Shown here: positions 63,235 to 64,000 of the stretch, piece by piece
Layout: every line of letters begins with the position of its first letter
How positions within the stretch are numbered: the stretch's first letter is position 1
NCBI RefSeq assembly: GCF_004010195.1
Contig: NC_057755.1
Location: 1,229,306 to 1,293,305, forward strand
Source: Chiloscyllium plagiosum
Taxonomy: Eukaryota
Direction: 5' to 3'
Length of the DNA stretch: 64,000 nt
Made by a program: the position numbers and the translations under genes
The notes under the pieces: model-generated
What the model was told of the DNA's origin: nothing
Seen by the model: only the letters and a program-made list of their open reading frames with translations
The model's database searches: none

Positions 63235-63408
63235 TGAGCTGAAAATGTGTTGCTGGAAAAGCGCAGCAGGTCAGGCAGCATCCAGGGAACAGGAGAATCG
63301 ACGTTTCGGGCATGAGCCCTTCTTCAGGAAGCCTGTTCCCTGGATGCTGCCTGACCTGCTGCGCTTTTCCAGCTCTGATCTCCAGCATCTGCAGACCTCA
63401 CTTTCTCC
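63235..63408. mobile_element. Family A element with inverted halves, intact hammerhead and 14-bp TSD
   Basis: tcactagattattc at 63221-63234 and 63409-63422; the minus half reads ttcCTGAAGAaGGGCtcatGCCCGAAACGTCgatt. Confidence 0.88.
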
Positions 63409-64000
63409 TCACTAGATTATTCATCAAGCAACTCAGGTAGTTTTTTTGGGGACCTGGGTTTGAATCCTGCCATGCAAGGTGGTGAGATTTGAATCCAATT
63501 TAAACAAAGAAATCTGAAATTTGGAGTCTAATGATGATCCTAAAACCATTGTTGATCATCAGAAAAATCACCTAGTTCACTCATGTCCTTTCGGAAAGAA
63601 AACTGCTCTGATTACCTGGTCTGGCCACATGTGAGTTCACACCCACAGCAATGTGATTGACTCTTAACTCTCTTTAGAATTTAGAAAGTCAAGGATGATC
63701 TGTTTAAAGCCTTCACGAAAGTAATAGTAAAAGACAGGGTTGATTTAAAGATAAATTATTTTCACTGGCTGGGGAATCCTAGAACGAGTTAGTGTAGTCT
63801 AAGAGTTTATGTCCAGACTGTTCACTTCCACACAAGGTGGTAAATGTTTAGAACTCTCATTCCCGAGCAGAGGCGATATATGCTGGGTCAGTTGTTAATT
63901 TTGAACTTGGGGGAGAGAATTTTGTTAACCAGAAGTATTAAGGGATATGGGCCAACGCCAGGTATATGGCATTAGGTATCAAATCAGCCATGATCTCACT

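Overview
Vertebrate, repeat-dense DNA, most likely from a shark (inferred from HE1-type V-SINEs, CR1/HER1 LINEs and an NLR N-terminus recalled from elasmobranch proteins). I found no intact protein-coding gene. The host-gene content is a multi-exon NLR (death-fold-like/FISNA/NACHT) pseudogene on + (about 5.6-21.4 kb) behind a CCAAT-rich CpG island. A second CpG-island promoter and a probable start-codon exon of another NLR paralogue lie at about 58.6-60.7 kb. The rest is nested mobile DNA: many CR1 fragments, a Rex1/Babar fragment, a Mag-type Gypsy 5' end, a Ty1/Copia remnant, an ERV env remnant, several solo LTRs with 4-bp TSDs, minisatellites, an interstitial telomere-like tract and about 8 kb of CA/CT low-complexity DNA. 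The most striking pattern is about 17 short dispersed elements in three families plus two Penelope 3' ends. These families carry a minimal hammerhead-ribozyme core (CTGANGA-N-stem II-GAA-palindrome), intact in some copies and decayed or truncated in others. Six insertions have 12-17 bp TSDs and several have inverted 5' halves, which suggests a Penelope-driven family of ribozyme-bearing non-autonomous retroelements. Coordinates were read by eye and family names come from recall, not database searches.
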